Origin: an uncultured Christensenella sp.
Lineage (GTDB): Bacteria; Bacillota; Clostridia; Christensenellales; DTU072
DNA: 47,864 nucleotides
Assembly (NCBI GenBank): GCA_964368435.1
Contig: CAYJBS010000005.1
Span: forward strand, 1 to 47,864
Reading direction: 5' to 3'
Below, piece after piece: positions 16,833 through 28,590 of this stretch (position 1 is the first letter of the stretch; each line of letters opens with the position of its first letter). Below the pieces are notes generated by a model. That model did no database searches. It was given only the letters and a program-made list of their open reading frames with translations, and was not told the origin of the DNA. Position numbers and translations under genes: made by a program.

Positions 16833-19800
16833 ATGTTAGAAAACAATAACTTTGAATCAATACAAATCGGTCTCGCTTCTCCCGAAAAAATCAGGGAGTG
16901 GTCGCACGGCGAGGTTACAAAACCCGAAACCATAAACTACAGAACACAAAAACCCGAAAGAGACGGACTCTTTTGCGAAAAAATATTCGGGCCGACACGC
17001 GACTATGAATGCCATTGCGGCAAATACAAGAGAATAAGATACAAAGGCGTCATCTGCGACAAGTGCGGCGTTGAAGTAACAAAATCCAAGGTCAGAAGAG
17101 AAAGGATGGGACATATCGAGCTTGCCGCTCCTGTGTCGCATATCTGGTACTTCCGCGGCGTGCCCTCCAGAATAAGCACTATTCTGAATATGAGCCCCAA
17201 GCATGTCGAGCAGGTGATATATTTTGCTTCTTTCGTAGTTATCGACCCGAAAGGCAGCGAGTTCTTTAAGAAACAAGTAATAAAGGACGAAGAATACAGA
17301 GAAGCGCTGGAGAAATACGGCGCAGACGGTTTTGTAGCAGGCATGGGAGCCGAAGCGCTGAAGAAGTTGCTGCGCGATCTCGACCTTGACGCCGAAGCCG
17401 AAGAAATGAAAGAAGTCATCAACAATTCTCAAGGGCTGAAAAAAATCAGAGCCGCAAAAAGACTGGAGATTATCGAAGCCTTCAGAAGGAGTGGCAACAA
17501 GCCCGAATGGATGATTCTGGATGTCATTCCTGTATTGCCTCCCGAGTTGCGCCCTATGGTTCAGCTTGACGGCGGCAGATTCGCCACCAGCGACTTGAAC
17601 GACCTTTACAGAAGAGTCATCAACAGAAACAACAGATTGAAGAAGATGATAGAATCGGGCGCGCCTGATATCGTCATCAGAAACGAGAAAAGAATGTTGC
17701 AGGAAGCTGTAGACGCGCTTATCGATAACGGCAGGCACGGCAAGGCAGTCACCGGTCCCGGCAACCGAAGTCTCAAGTCACTTTCCGATATGCTGAGAGG
17801 CAAGCAGGGTCGTTTCAGACAGAACCTGTTGGGAAAACGTGTCGACTATTCCGGTCGTTCGGTTATCGTTGTCGGACCCGAGTTGAAGATTTTCCAATGC
17901 GGACTGCCGAAAGAAATGGCGCTTGAACTCTTCAAGCCGTTTGTCTTCAGAAAACTTGTAGACCTTGGTATTTCTCATAATATCAAGAGCGCAAAGAGAG
18001 CCGTTGAAAGACAAAATCCTCAGGTTTGGGATATCCTAGAAGAGGTCATAAAAGACCATCCGGTTATGCTCAACAGAGCGCCGACACTGCATAGACTGGG
18101 CATACAGGCTTTCGAGCCGGTGCTTGTCGAAGGTCGCGCAATAAAATTGCATCCGTTGGTTTGCCCCGCATTCAACGCCGACTTTGACGGCGACCAAATG
18201 GCGGTTCACGTACCGCTGTCTATCGAAGCGCAGACAGAAGCCAGAATTTTGATGCTTTCGAGCAACAATATTTTGCGTCTTTCGGACGGAAAGCCTATTG
18301 TCAGCCCGACACAGGATATGGTTATCGGAGCCTACTATTTGACGCAGGACAAACCCGGCGCCAAAGGCGAAGGCAGATGGTTCATGAACGCCGATGAAGC
18401 AAAAATGGCTTATCAAGTCGGTGACATAGAACTTCAAGCCAAAATAAAAGTAAGAGTAAGAAAAGAAATTGATGGCAAGACCTATCAAAAAATAGTCGAA
18501 ACTACGGCAGGCAAAATCATCTTCAACGAAGCCATTCCGCAAGATTTGGGCTTTATGCCGAGGAACACCCCCGAGGAGATGCTTGACTATGAGATTAACT
18601 TCTTAATCAGCAAAAAGCAGCTGTCGCAGATTGTTGAGAACTGCTTCAAACTGAAGGGAGCCACCGAGGTCAGCATAGTGCTTGACAGAATCAAGTCGTT
18701 GGGCTTCAAGTATTCCACAATCGGCGCCATAACCACGAGTATCTTTGACATGCAAATTCCCGGCTCCAAAAAAGAAATCCTTCAAAAAGCCGAAGAAGAC
18801 GTGCTTCGTATCGAAAAGAACTTCAAGAGAGGTCTTATCACAGAAGAAGAGAGATACACCGAAGTTGTTGGTATCTGGAAGAAAGCTACCGACGACGTCG
18901 AAAGAGACCTCGAAGCCAACTTCAAGAATTTTGACAAGATGAACCCCATATGGATGATGGCGGACTCAGGCGCCCGTGGTAGCATGCAACAGATCAAGCA
19001 GCTTTCCGGTATGCGTGGACTGATGAACGATCCCACAGGCAAGGTTATCGAAATTCCCGTTAAGTCTTCCTTCCGTGAAGGATTGTCGGTTCTTGAATAC
19101 TTTATTTCTTCCCACGGAGCCAGAAAAGGCGGAGCGGACACGGCGCTTAAGACAGCCGACTCGGGTTATTTGACCAGAAGACTTGTCGACGTTGCGCAGG
19201 ATGTCATCGTCAGAGAGGACGACTGCGGCGACAAGAAAGGCTTTGTCATAAAGAATCTTTATGATGTCAACGGCAGACTTGTCGAAGACCTGAAAGAAAG
19301 AATTATTGGCAGATTCGCCATAGATGCCGTCAGACACCCCGAGACAGGCGAACTGATTGTTGCGGCAGATGCTATGATTTCTGAAGACCAAGCCAACCTT
19401 ATTCAGAAAGTAGGCGTAAAAGAAGTAAAGATCAGAAACGTACTTTCCTGCAAAACCAAAGTGGGCATTTGCTCGAAGTGCTATGGCGCCAATATGTCCT
19501 CCGGCAATATCGTAAAGCTGGGCGAAGCAGTCGGCATCATAGCCGCACAGTCCATCGGCGAACCCGGCACCCAGTTGACGATGAGAACCTTCCATACAGG
19601 CGGTGTTGCATCGGTTGCGGATATTACGCAAGGTCTTCCCAGAGTCGTTGAGCTTTTTGAAGCCAGAAAGCCAAAGGGTGAAGCTCTCATTGCCGACATA
19701 AAAGGCGACGTCAGCATGCGCGAAGAAAAAGGTCAAAGAATAATCACTATTCAGCAGGGCGACAATCAGTTTGAATACAAGATTCCTTTCGGCGTAAAGC

Positions 19801-20414
19801 TCACCGTCAAAGTTGGGGACATTGTGGAGGCAGGCGAGCCTTTGTATGGAGGTTCGGTCAATCCGCAGGATATTTTGAGAACAAAGGGCGTGGGCGGCGT
19901 TCAAGAGTCGATGATAAGAGAAGTGCAGTCGGCTTATAGATCGAACGGTGTTCACATCAACGACAAGCATATCGAAGTTATCGTTCGTCAGATGCTACGC
20001 AAAGTAAAAGTCAACAATCCCAACGATACCGAACTTCTTGTGAATGAGCTTATCGACAGAAATAGACTTGAGGAAGCAAACGAAAAGGTACTTGAAGCGG
20101 GCGGCATGCCTGCGACAGCAACACGTGTGCTGCTGGGCATAACCAAGGCTGCTCTGGCTACAGAGTCCTTCCTTTCTGCAGCCTCCTTCCAAGAGACGGC
20201 AAGAGTGCTGACCGATGCCGCCATAAAGAACAAGGTTGACCATTTGTTGGGACTAAAAGAAAACGTAATCATCGGCAAACTTATTCCTGCCGGCACAGGT
20301 ATGAAGCAATACAGAAACGTTACGCTTGAATTTACCGGAGAAAAGACTCCGCCGAGAGAAACGATGCTTGAACACGAAGAAATGGACTACGACAAGGCGG
20401 CGGAACTGGAATAA
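16833..20414 (+). CDS. rpoC: RNA polymerase beta' subunit
   Basis: Zinc finger CHC...[16 protein letters not shown], catalytic [20 protein letters not shown]. Confidence 0.99.
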   Translation: MLENNNFESIQIGLASPEKIREWSHGEVTKPETINYRTQKPERDGLFCEKIFGPTRDYECHCGKYKRIRYKGVICDKCGVEVTKSKVRRERMGHIELAAPVSHIWYFRGVPSRISTILNMSPKHVEQVIYFASFVVIDPKGSEFFKKQVIKDEEYREALEKYGADGFVAGMGAEALKKLLRDLDLDAEAEEMKEVINNSQGLKKIRAAKRLEIIEAFRRSGNKPEWMILDVIPVLPPELRPMVQLDGGRFATSDLNDLYRRVINRNNRLKKMIESGAPDIVIRNEKRMLQEAVDALIDNGRHGKAVTGPGNRSLKSLSDMLRGKQGRFRQNLLGKRVDYSGRSVIVVGPELKIFQCGLPKEMALELFKPFVFRKLVDLGISHNIKSAKRAVERQNPQVWDILEEVIKDHPVMLNRAPTLHRLGIQAFEPVLVEGRAIKLHPLVCPAFNADFDGDQMAVHVPLSIEAQTEARILMLSSNNILRLSDGKPIVSPTQDMVIGAYYLTQDKPGAKGEGRWFMNADEAKMAYQVGDIELQAKIKVRVRKEIDGKTYQKIVETTAGKIIFNEAIPQDLGFMPRNTPEEMLDYEINFLISKKQLSQIVENCFKLKGATEVSIVLDRIKSLGFKYSTIGAITTSIFDMQIPGSKKEILQKAEEDVLRIEKNFKRGLITEEERYTEVVGIWKKATDDVERDLEANFKNFDKMNPIWMMADSGARGSMQQIKQLSGMRGLMNDPTGKVIEIPVKSSFREGLSVLEYFISSHGARKGGADTALKTADSGYLTRRLVDVAQDVIVREDDCGDKKGFVIKNLYDVNGRLVEDLKERIIGRFAIDAVRHPETGELIVAADAMISEDQANLIQKVGVKEVKIRNVLSCKTKVGICSKCYGANMSSGNIVKLGEAVGIIAAQSIGEPGTQLTMRTFHTGGVASVADITQGLPRVVELFEARKPKGEALIADIKGDVSMREEKGQRIITIQQGDNQFEYKIPFGVKLTVKVGDIVEAGEPLYGGSVNPQDILRTKGVGGVQESMIREVQSAYRSNGVHINDKHIEVIVRQMLRKVKVNNPNDTELLVNELIDRNRLEEANEKVLEAGGMPATATRVLLGITKAALATESFLSAASFQETARVLTDAAIKNKVDHLLGLKENVIIGKLIPAGTGMKQYRNVTLEFTGEKTPPRETMLEHEEMDYDKAAELE

Positions 20415-20429
20415 CTTAAGGAGAAACTG

Positions 20430-21602
20430 ATGAAAAGGCTTTTTACTTCAGAAAGCGTCACCGAAGGGCATCCGGACAAAGTCTGTGACCAAATCAGCGA
20501 CGCCATTCTGGACGCAATACTCGAACAGGACAGCAATGCACGTGTAGCGTGCGAAACTTGCACGACAACGGGACTTGTGCTTGTCATGGGCGAAATCTCC
20601 ACAACTGCATATGTAGATATCTCGAATATTGCCAGAGAAACCATAAAGAAAATAGGCTATGACTCTTCGGATTTGGGCTTTGATTATAACACTTGCGCCA
20701 TTCTTACTGCCATAAACGAGCAGTCTGCCGACATAGCGCAGGGAGTCAATGCAAGCCTTGAGTGTCAAGATTCTTGCTCCGACAGACTTGACAGCATAGG
20801 AGCCGGAGACCAAGGAATGATGTTTGGTTATGCTACCGACGAGACAGAAGAATATATGCCGCTGGCGTTGGTATTGTCGCACAAATTGTGCAAAAGACTT
20901 GCCGACATCAGGAAGCAAAAACTTGTCGACTATTTGCGCCCCGACGGCAAAGCGCAGGTGACTGTCGAATATGAAGACGGTGTCCCAAAAAGAGTCGAAG
21001 CAGTAGTGCTTTCCACACAGCATAGCGAAAGCGTCGACATATCGACACTTCGGAAAGAGATGACGGAACTTGCCGTGAAAGAGGTTGTTCCGGTAGAAAT
21101 GATGGATAGCAATACGAAAATTTATATCAATCCTACGGGACGATTCGTCAAAGGCGGACCCAATGCCGACAGCGGATTGACGGGACGAAAGATTATAGTC
21201 GACACCTACGGCGGCTCAGTACCCCATGGCGGCGGAGCTTTCTCCGGAAAGGACCCCACGAAGGTTGACAGAAGCGCGTCATATTATGCGCGGTATGTCG
21301 CCAAAAACGTCGTTGCGGCGGGACTGGCGAAGAGATGCGAGGTTTGCGTGGCTTATGCCATAGGAAAAGCCAACCCTGTATCCATCGACCTGAACACTTT
21401 CGGCACAGCAAGCGTTGACGAAGAAAAGCTTGTTGCCGCAATAAAAAAAGTGTTTGATTTCCGTCCGCAAGCTATTATCGAAAACCTTGACCTAAGACGT
21501 CCGCAATATCTCACAGCGGCAAGTTACGGACATTTTGGCAGAAGCTGCTTCAGCTGGGAAAAGACCGACAAGACCGAAGAGCTTCGGGATTGTTTGTCAT
21601 AA
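20430..21602 (+). CDS. metK: S-adenosylmethionine synthetase
   Basis: [35 protein letters not shown]. Confidence 0.99.
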   Translation: MKRLFTSESVTEGHPDKVCDQISDAILDAILEQDSNARVACETCTTTGLVLVMGEISTTAYVDISNIARETIKKIGYDSSDLGFDYNTCAILTAINEQSADIAQGVNASLECQDSCSDRLDSIGAGDQGMMFGYATDETEEYMPLALVLSHKLCKRLADIRKQKLVDYLRPDGKAQVTVEYEDGVPKRVEAVVLSTQHSESVDISTLRKEMTELAVKEVVPVEMMDSNTKIYINPTGRFVKGGPNADSGLTGRKIIVDTYGGSVPHGGGAFSGKDPTKVDRSASYYARYVAKNVVAAGLAKRCEVCVAYAIGKANPVSIDLNTFGTASVDEEKLVAAIKKVFDFRPQAIIENLDLRRPQYLTAASYGHFGRSCFSWEKTDKTEELRDCLS

Positions 21603-23785
21603 TGGTTATTCAAGGTACCGTAGACGAAATTATTTTTAGAAATGAAGAAAACGGTTATACCGTATTGAATTTTGATGCCGATGGCGTACTCATTGTTGCC
21701 GTCGGTATTTTTCCGTTTATAAACGAGGGCGAACGCCTTGAATTGACAGGCGAAACAAAGTATAACCCCAAGTTTGGCGAACAGTTTGTTGTATCTAATG
21801 TAGAATTTTCAAAACCCGACGATGCCGAAAGCATAAAAAAGTATCTTGCAAGTGGATTATTCAAGGGCGTGGGAGACATTACCGCCGAAGCTATCGTAAA
21901 AAAGTACGGAGAAGAAACGCTGGATATTATCGAGAAATATCCGCAGATGCTAACAAAGGTCAGCGGAATTGGCAGAAGAAAAGCCGAAGAAATCTCGAAG
22001 TGCTATATCGAAAACAGCCGCATCAAGGATACTATTTTATTTTTGCAAAAATATGGCTTGACAACGGCGATGGCGCTGAAAATCTATAAACAATATGAAG
22101 AAGACACCGTTATTGTTGTCAAGAGCAATCCTTATAAACTGGTAGAGGATATTGAGGGCGTGGGATTTCTCACTGCCGACAGATTTGCCGAAAAGTTGGG
22201 CATAGATCGTGACAGCAAGTTCCGCCTTCAGGCGGCTGTTCACTATCTTTTGCAGGAAGCGGCAGGCAGAAACGGTCATACTTATTTACCCAAAGATTTT
22301 TTAATAGAAGAAACGTTGCGCTTGACGGAAACAAACGACAGTCAACGCGTTCGCGAGGTGCTGGAGTCGGAGCAGAACGGACTGCGAGAAGTGGAGATTG
22401 ACGGCAAAACGGGATATTGTCTGTCGCTGAACTATCACACCGAGAACGGCATTGCCGCCAAGTTGATTTCTTTGAAGAATGCAGAGAGTTTGGATTTGGA
22501 TTTGGACGCCGAATTGCAAAACTATGAACAGACAAGCGATATCGTGTTGGATGTGCAACAACGTCTTGCCATAAAAAGCGCCATAAACGAGGGCGTCGTG
22601 ATAATAACCGGTGGTCCCGGCACAGGCAAAACAACAATAATCAAGTGTATCACGACAATTATGGGACAACGGGGCTTCCGTGTGGCATTGTCGGCGCCTA
22701 CGGGCAGAGCGGCAAAACGCATGAGCGAGGCGACGGGAGAGGACGCAAAAACTCTCCACAGACTGTTGGGCATAAACAGCAAGCATTATGATACCAACGA
22801 AATAGCCGAACTGGAGTTTGACGTAGTCATTGTCGACGAAATCAGCATGGCGGATATATATATTTTCAATGCGCTGCTGAAAGCAATACCTAACGGCGCG
22901 CGCCTTGTGCTTGTGGGGGACAAGGATCAGTTACCGTCGGTTGCTTGCGGCAATATTCTGTCGGATATGATATCAAGCGAGTTTTTTTGTACGGTTTATC
23001 TTGAAGAGATATATCGTCAAGCGAAAGAGAGCATGATTGTAGTCAATGCCCATAGAATAAACAATTCTCAGATGCCCATCACAAAGAACTCCAAAGACTT
23101 TTTTATAGACAACAAAAACGCGCCGACGGACATACGAAACAGCGTCATCTCTATGGCATCACAGCGAATACCCGATTTTTTGGACATCAGTCCGAGGGAC
23201 ATACAAGTGTTGGCGCCGATGAAAAAGGGCGTTGCAGGAGTAGAGGCGCTTAACGAAAGATTACAGCAAGCGCTAAACCCCGAGGGCAAGCAGATAGTAT
23301 ACAAGAACCGCATTTTCAGAATCGGCGACAAGGTCATGCAAACGGTCAACAACTACTCTATCGAATGGATAAGGAACGACGTTTTCAGAGAAAGCGGCAC
23401 AGGCGTGTTTAACGGCGACATCGGTTATATCATCAATATCCATAACGGAGAAGTGCTTGTCGAATTCGAGGACGGCAAGGTGGCGAATTATCAAGAGGGC
23501 GGACTTGACGAGCTTATGACGGCGTACTGCATCAGCGTTCATAAAGCTCAAGGTTCGGAATTCCCGGTGGTAATCATTGCCGTCACAAGCGGCAGCTATG
23601 CGATATTGACAAAAAACTTGCTTTATACCGCGGTCACCCGCGCCAAAAAAATGGCGGTTATAGTAGGTGACGAACAAAATATCGAAAAAATGGTAAAAAA
23701 CAATTATATTACGCTGCGCTTTTCCATGCTTAAACATTTTTTGGAAAAGAACCAAGCCAAATTTCGCACTTTGTGGGGAGTATGA
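21602..23785 (+). CDS. recD2: RecD2 / RecD-like ATP-dependent helicase
   Basis: N-terminal IIFRNEENGYTV, HhH region, Walker A GGPGTGKT, VDEISM, VHKAQGSEF, LYTAVTRAK; ATG overlaps the metK stop (TAATG). Confidence 0.95.
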   Translation: MVIQGTVDEIIFRNEENGYTVLNFDADGVLIVAVGIFPFINEGERLELTGETKYNPKFGEQFVVSNVEFSKPDDAESIKKYLASGLFKGVGDITAEAIVKKYGEETLDIIEKYPQMLTKVSGIGRRKAEEISKCYIENSRIKDTILFLQKYGLTTAMALKIYKQYEEDTVIVVKSNPYKLVEDIEGVGFLTADRFAEKLGIDRDSKFRLQAAVHYLLQEAAGRNGHTYLPKDFLIEETLRLTETNDSQRVREVLESEQNGLREVEIDGKTGYCLSLNYHTENGIAAKLISLKNAESLDLDLDAELQNYEQTSDIVLDVQQRLAIKSAINEGVVIITGGPGTGKTTIIKCITTIMGQRGFRVALSAPTGRAAKRMSEATGEDAKTLHRLLGINSKHYDTNEIAELEFDVVIVDEISMADIYIFNALLKAIPNGARLVLVGDKDQLPSVACGNILSDMISSEFFCTVYLEEIYRQAKESMIVVNAHRINNSQMPITKNSKDFFIDNKNAPTDIRNSVISMASQRIPDFLDISPRDIQVLAPMKKGVAGVEALNERLQQALNPEGKQIVYKNRIFRIGDKVMQTVNNYSIEWIRNDVFRESGTGVFNGDIGYIINIHNGEVLVEFEDGKVANYQEGGLDELMTAYCISVHKAQGSEFPVVIIAVTSGSYAILTKNLLYTAVTRAKKMAVIVGDEQNIEKMVKNNYITLRFSMLKHFLEKNQAKFRTLWGV

Positions 23786-24495
23786 TGGTGCCAAAAATAA
23801 TAAACGGCATCATAGACGCGCTGTTTCCGCCGAATATCACCTGCATTTGCTGTAATGACGAATTGCGAACTGACGAAGAAAGACGCTTTTCTGTCTGCGT
23901 TGATTGCGACAAGCAATTGGACAACATTTCAGACAAGAGACAGGAAATAGCCAATCCTCATTTATTTTTCACAAAATTTTATACAGTTTTCCGCTACAGC
24001 GGAGCGGCAAAAAAACTCATTGTCGGCTTTAAGGACGGCAACAAACCCTATCTTGGGGAGTATATGGCGAGATTTATGTACGAGGCATGCCGAGAAAAAA
24101 GCAGATTTGATTGTATAGTCCATGTGCCTGCATCTTCGAAAAAAGCCGCGCAGCGTGGATACGACCATATGAAGTTGGTTGCCGAAAGGTTTTCAAGACT
24201 TAGCGGAATTATGCTGTTTTCTGCCCTAAAACGCACAAAACAAGGCGAAGACCAAACGGAAAGCGCCGACAGATACGCAAATATTAAAGGGCAGTTTGTT
24301 TTGCAAGAGGGTGTCGAAGGCAGAAGAGTATTGCTGCTTGACGATGTCGTGACGACGGGAGCCACGGCGTCCGAATGCGCAAAGACGCTTCTTGAAGGCG
24401 GCGCCACTGAGGTGACGCTGTTGACATTTGCAGAGGCGGCGAGCTTCGAGCAATACAAGAGCTATGCCGCAAGCCGTATGCAAGCGCGGAAATAA
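23782..24495 (+). CDS. comF: ComF-family protein (zinc ribbon + PRTase)
   Basis: LFPPNITCICC...CVDC, RGYDH, LLLDDVVTTGATA; ATGA overlap with recD2 (start may be 23785). Confidence 0.88.
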   Translation: MMVPKIINGIIDALFPPNITCICCNDELRTDEERRFSVCVDCDKQLDNISDKRQEIANPHLFFTKFYTVFRYSGAAKKLIVGFKDGNKPYLGEYMARFMYEACREKSRFDCIVHVPASSKKAAQRGYDHMKLVAERFSRLSGIMLFSALKRTKQGEDQTESADRYANIKGQFVLQEGVEGRRVLLLDDVVTTGATASECAKTLLEGGATEVTLLTFAEAASFEQYKSYAASRMQARK

Positions 24496-24504
24496 TTCAT
24501 TTTG

Positions 24505-24533
24505 TTGCTTTGAAATTTTGGCTATGCTATAAT
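24505..24533 (+). promoter_or_regulatory. SigA promoter of the P-type ATPase gene
   Basis: TTGCTT-17 nt-TATAAT with TG extension. Confidence 0.6.
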
Positions 24534-24563
24534 TAACTTTGACATTTGGATAAATAGGAATTG

Positions 24564-27086
24564 ATGATGACAAATACCGAACATAAGAAAATCACTAAGG
24601 CAAGAAGCAAATCAAAAAAAGACAGCCTAAAACTTAAAAAAGCAGAAAGATATGATGCCGACATAACTATCGGTTTGACCGACGAAATAGTCAGTCAGAG
24701 AATAGAAGACAATCTTACCAACCACAAGCCGATAAACAGAAGCAAATCATACAGTCGCATTATTTTTGAAAACGTCTTTAACTTTTGCAATACCATAACG
24801 CTTCTTTTAGTTATAATACTTATTGCAGTTGGACAGCCCAACCAGACGGTATCTTCGAGCATAATTGTGCTCAACATTGCCATAGGCATATATCAGGAAA
24901 TAAAAGCAAAATGGACAGTCGAGAAACTGTCTCTTGTCGTAGACAGCACTTGCGAGGTGTTGCGAAACGGCGTTGTGTTGTCAATTAGCACCAAAGAAAT
25001 TGTGTTGGACGACCTTTTTTATTTGACAGCAGGATTGCAAGTGCCGGTAGACGGCATCATTGTAGATGGCATAATAGAGTTGGATGAGTCGATACTCACC
25101 GGCGAATCCGAAGTAGTCAAGAAAAACACCGACAACCCCGTGCTTGCAGGCAGTCATATTGTTGCCGGCAAAGCGTTGGTGCGAGCCGACAGAGTAGGCA
25201 AGGACTGTTACATAGAGAATGTAGCGAAGATCGCGCGCAGAGTAGCAAAGCCCCGCTCAAACATTTTCCGCGTACTGGATAAAATCATAAAAGGCATAAC
25301 CGTCGCGCTTATTCCGCTGGCGCTTTTGTTATTTATTTCTACCAGGTTGGTTGCACAGGCAAGTCTGAATGCGACAATAACACAGGTGGCCGGTGCCATA
25401 CTGGGCATGCTGCCTATCGGAATGTTCCTTTTGACAAGCACGGCGCTTGCTTCAAGCGTACTGAAACTGGCGAAGAAAAACACACTTGCGCAAGATTTAT
25501 ATAGTGTAGAGATGCTTGCAATGGTCGACACTCTGTTGCTTGACAAGACCGGCACAATTACCGACGGGAAACTGAAGGTTGTCGAAGAAGTGCCGCTGAC
25601 ACAAGAAGACCTCGATCTAGACACCATTATTATGACGATAGTTGAAGCGACTCACGATCGCAACCCTACTGCGCTGGCGCTTAAAGAACATCACCCCAAC
25701 GGAGAGGCGTTAAGTGTCGTTGATTTCATGCCTTTTTCTTCCGGCAGAAAGATGAGCGCGGTAGAACTCGAAAATAATGTAGTATATTGTCTGGGCGCTC
25801 CCGACTTTGTCGTAGAGGACAGCGAAGCGCTGAATCACTATGTGGAATCCAGTTGCCAAATATGCCGCCGTTCTTTGGTTTTGGGACGGTTCAACGGCAC
25901 TCTTGCCGACTTGAACAAAAAGAACACTCAAGCGTTATATGCCTTCTCACTTGAAGACAAACTGCGTGATGATGTCAAGGATACGCTGAACTGGTTCTAC
26001 GAAAACGGAGTAGACATAAAGATAGTATCGGGCGACAATCCTCGCACGGTCAGCGAAATTGCGCAACTCACCGGCGTAAGGAATGCCGATAAATACATAA
26101 ATTGCAGTGAAATGTCGGATGCCGAACTTGAAGAGAGAGCGACAGATACCGCAATATTTGGCAGAGTGGCGCCCGAGCAGAAGAGCAAGTTGGTCAACTA
26201 TCTTCAAAACAAAGGCAGAGTTGTCGGAATGGTAGGAGACGGCGTCAACGACGTGCAGGCGCTGAAAGAAGCCGACTGTTCGATATCCTTTGCTTCAGCC
26301 AATGAAGTGGCGCGCAACATTTCCAGAATAATTATGCTTGACAGCAATTTCAAGACACTTCCCACCGTCGTAAGTGAGGGCAGAAGAGTAATCAGCAATG
26401 TCGAGAAGGTTTCGGCGCTTTACATAATGAAAAATCTTTTTGTTATGTTCATGACGCTGCTTTTCTCGATAGTAGCCTTTGTGGTAAAGACAGATTTGTA
26501 TCCCTTTATTCCGACAAGAATGCTTCTTATAGAACTTTTTGTCATAGGTATTCCGACTTTCGCATTGGCGTTGCAATCCAACAATAAGCGTGTTGAGGGC
26601 AATTTCTTGACAAACATTATGAAGTCATGCGTACCTGCGGCAATGTCGTTGATTACCGGAGTGGGTTTTGTTTTGATACTTATGTTCACGGGAGTCATCG
26701 ACTTCAGCGGCATAACTTCTCCGCTTGCCGACTATCGTTCATCGCTGGCGGTTGTCACCTTCACAATGGCAGGTTTCTCGGCGCTGTTTATTATTGCGTT
26801 GCCGCTCAACAGATTCAGGTTGTTAGTAATATTTGGCGCATTTGCGCTGTCTATCGGGGGACTTTTTCTCGATCAGCTGTTGTTCGACGGTTGGTTCCTC
26901 GAAATCGAACTGATAAAAGACGGTATGCACATCCTTTGGGTTGCAGTCGGCGTGGCATTGGCGGCGGCAAGTCATCTGCTTTATCGCAAAGCGGTGAGCA
27001 AGATTGACGACAAATGGGGCGACAGCATCAGGAAATGGGCGGCGGATGTGAGAAACAGGTTCAAAAGGAACAAAACAGCCAAATAA
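24564..27086 (+). CDS. P-type ATPase (CtpE-like), substrate uncertain
   Basis: LTGES, DKTGTIT, SGDN, MVGDGVND; about 10 TM; TM4 reads PIGM instead of PEGL. Start codon uncertain (24561/24564/24567). Confidence 0.92.
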   Translation: MMTNTEHKKITKARSKSKKDSLKLKKAERYDADITIGLTDEIVSQRIEDNLTNHKPINRSKSYSRIIFENVFNFCNTITLLLVIILIAVGQPNQTVSSSIIVLNIAIGIYQEIKAKWTVEKLSLVVDSTCEVLRNGVVLSISTKEIVLDDLFYLTAGLQVPVDGIIVDGIIELDESILTGESEVVKKNTDNPVLAGSHIVAGKALVRADRVGKDCYIENVAKIARRVAKPRSNIFRVLDKIIKGITVALIPLALLLFISTRLVAQASLNATITQVAGAILGMLPIGMFLLTSTALASSVLKLAKKNTLAQDLYSVEMLAMVDTLLLDKTGTITDGKLKVVEEVPLTQEDLDLDTIIMTIVEATHDRNPTALALKEHHPNGEALSVVDFMPFSSGRKMSAVELENNVVYCLGAPDFVVEDSEALNHYVESSCQICRRSLVLGRFNGTLADLNKKNTQALYAFSLEDKLRDDVKDTLNWFYENGVDIKIVSGDNPRTVSEIAQLTGVRNADKYINCSEMSDAELEERATDTAIFGRVAPEQKSKLVNYLQNKGRVVGMVGDGVNDVQALKEADCSISFASANEVARNISRIIMLDSNFKTLPTVVSEGRRVISNVEKVSALYIMKNLFVMFMTLLFSIVAFVVKTDLYPFIPTRMLLIELFVIGIPTFALALQSNNKRVEGNFLTNIMKSCVPAAMSLITGVGFVLILMFTGVIDFSGITSPLADYRSSLAVVTFTMAGFSALFIIALPLNRFRLLVIFGAFALSIGGLFLDQLLFDGWFLEIELIKDGMHILWVAVGVALAAASHLLYRKAVSKIDDKWGDSIRKWAADVRNRFKRNKTAK

Positions 27087-27121
27087 TCCAGCAAAAAATT
27101 AAGGATATTTTATCATTTCGT

Positions 27122-27150
27122 TTGACAACGACGCAATGACTTGATATAAT
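27122..27150 (+). promoter_or_regulatory. SigA promoter of the L7Ae-rpsL-rpsG operon
   Basis: TTGACA-17 nt-TATAAT with TG extension. Confidence 0.8.
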
Positions 27151-27267
27151 TATTTAGCTTGCATGGTGATATGCAGGCTTTTATGTTTAATCTACCCAAT
27201 AATTGTCAAAACAGACAATAATTGAAGTCAGTGAGAACAGAAGAAAACTGTTCATTAAGGAGAATTA

Positions 27268-27525
27268 GTGGACAAAATACTGTCAGAACCGCGCGAAAAC
27301 CGTGTTGTAGGTCTACGCGAGGTCAAAAAAGCAATAAGTAACAATCATCTAAGGTGTGTGATGATTGCTATGGATACGGATGAACTTATAAAAACACAGG
27401 TCATAAGCATGTGTGAACAAAGGCAGTTGCGGCACGAGTTTTTCTCATCGAAAGACGACATGGGCAAACTTTTGGGAATAGATGTGGCATGTTCGGTGCT
27501 TGGCATAAGAAAATCCGAAAAATAA
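27268..27525 (+). CDS. L7Ae/YbxF-family ribosome-associated protein
   Basis: VVGLREVKKAI, MGKLLGIDVACSV; canonical position before rpsL; GTG start with SD aaggag. Confidence 0.88.
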   Translation: MDKILSEPRENRVVGLREVKKAISNNHLRCVMIAMDTDELIKTQVISMCEQRQLRHEFFSSKDDMGKLLGIDVACSVLGIRKSEK

Positions 27526-27583
27526 AAGAGCTATCCTAAGGGTTGAACGGATGCTCATCCAATAAAAAACAGGAGGAACCTAA

Positions 27584-27955
27584 ATGCCTACAATTAACCA
27601 GCTCATAAGGGCGGGAAGAACCACCAAAGAAAAGAAATCCATGTCTCCTATGCTTGAAAGCAGTCCTCAAAAGAGGGGAGTATGCCTTTCTGTGACTACT
27701 ACGACTCCCAAAAAGCCCAATTCTGCCGTAAGAAAAATCGCCAGAGTACGCTTGGTTAACGGAATGGAAGGAACGGTATATATACCCGGTGTCGGCCATT
27801 CGTTACAAGAACATAGCGTTGTTTTGGTCAGAGGCGGAAGAGTAAAGGACCTGCCCGGTGTTCGTTATCACATTGTACGTGGTACGCTCGACACTTCAGG
27901 CGTCGCAAAACGCATGCAGGCAAGGTCAAAATACGGCGCAAAAAGACCCAAATAG
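27584..27955 (+). CDS. rpsL: 30S ribosomal protein S12
   Basis: [27 protein letters not shown]. Confidence 0.99.
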   Translation: MPTINQLIRAGRTTKEKKSMSPMLESSPQKRGVCLSVTTTTPKKPNSAVRKIARVRLVNGMEGTVYIPGVGHSLQEHSVVLVRGGRVKDLPGVRYHIVRGTLDTSGVAKRMQARSKYGAKRPK

Positions 27956-28005
27956 TCGTATTCGGATGAAATCAGTCAACCAATAAAACCAGGAGGTAAA
28001 GCGAA

Positions 28006-28476
28006 ATGCCCAGAAGAAGCGGAGTCCCCAAACGCGATGTATTGCCGGACCCCATATATAACTCAAAAGTAACAACTAAGTTAGTAAACCAAATAATGCA
28101 CGGCGGAAAGCGTGGCACTGCACAGAACATAACCTACGAGGCGTTCAAGATTATTGAAGAAAAACTCAACCTGAATCCTCAAGAGGTGTTCATAAAAGCT
28201 CTCGAGAACGTTATGCCGATTCTTGAAGTAAAAGCCCGCAGAGTCGGCGGCTCAAACTACCAAGTCCCCCTCGAAATAAGACCTGACAGGCGGCAGACAT
28301 TGGGAATAAGATGGCTTGTGATTTTTGCCCGCAAGAGAGGCGAGAAGACGATGAAGGAGAGGCTGGCAGGAGAAATCATGGATGCCTTCAACAGCGCCGG
28401 CGGAGCCTTTAAGAAGAAGGAAGATACCCACCGTATGGCAGAAGCCAACAAAGCTTACGCACATTACAGGTATTAA
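28006..28476 (+). CDS. rpsG: 30S ribosomal protein S7
   Basis: [25 protein letters not shown]. Confidence 0.99.
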   Translation: MPRRSGVPKRDVLPDPIYNSKVTTKLVNQIMHGGKRGTAQNITYEAFKIIEEKLNLNPQEVFIKALENVMPILEVKARRVGGSNYQVPLEIRPDRRQTLGIRWLVIFARKRGEKTMKERLAGEIMDAFNSAGGAFKKKEDTHRMAEANKAYAHYRY

Positions 28477-28495
28477 TCCCCAATCAAAGAAAGAC

Positions 28496-28535
28496 AAAAA
28501 GGGCGGCATACTTGAAGTTATGCCGCTTTTTATGT
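28496..28535 (+). terminator. Putative intrinsic terminator between rpsG and fusA
   Basis: gcggcata-cttgaagt-tatgccgc followed by tttttatgt. Confidence 0.7.
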
Positions 28536-28590
28536 AAAAAGGGGATGATTAGAAACACAAAAATTAAGAAAACTATAACATTAGGGAGCA

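Noticed and set aside
16857-19970. Long antisense ORFs inside rpoC (293 aa, 334 aa) and similar ones opposite rpoB, pglF-like and glmM
   Set aside because: Shadow ORFs opposite conserved genes, with no SD or recognisable motifs.
27197-27256. Two small hairpins in the L7Ae-rpsL leader as a regulatory RNA
   Set aside because: AT-rich short stems with no family motif I can recognise; insufficient support without covariation.
27584-27955. Streptomycin-resistance alleles in rpsL
   Set aside because: Both key lysines (TPKKPNS, RVKDLPG) are wild type.
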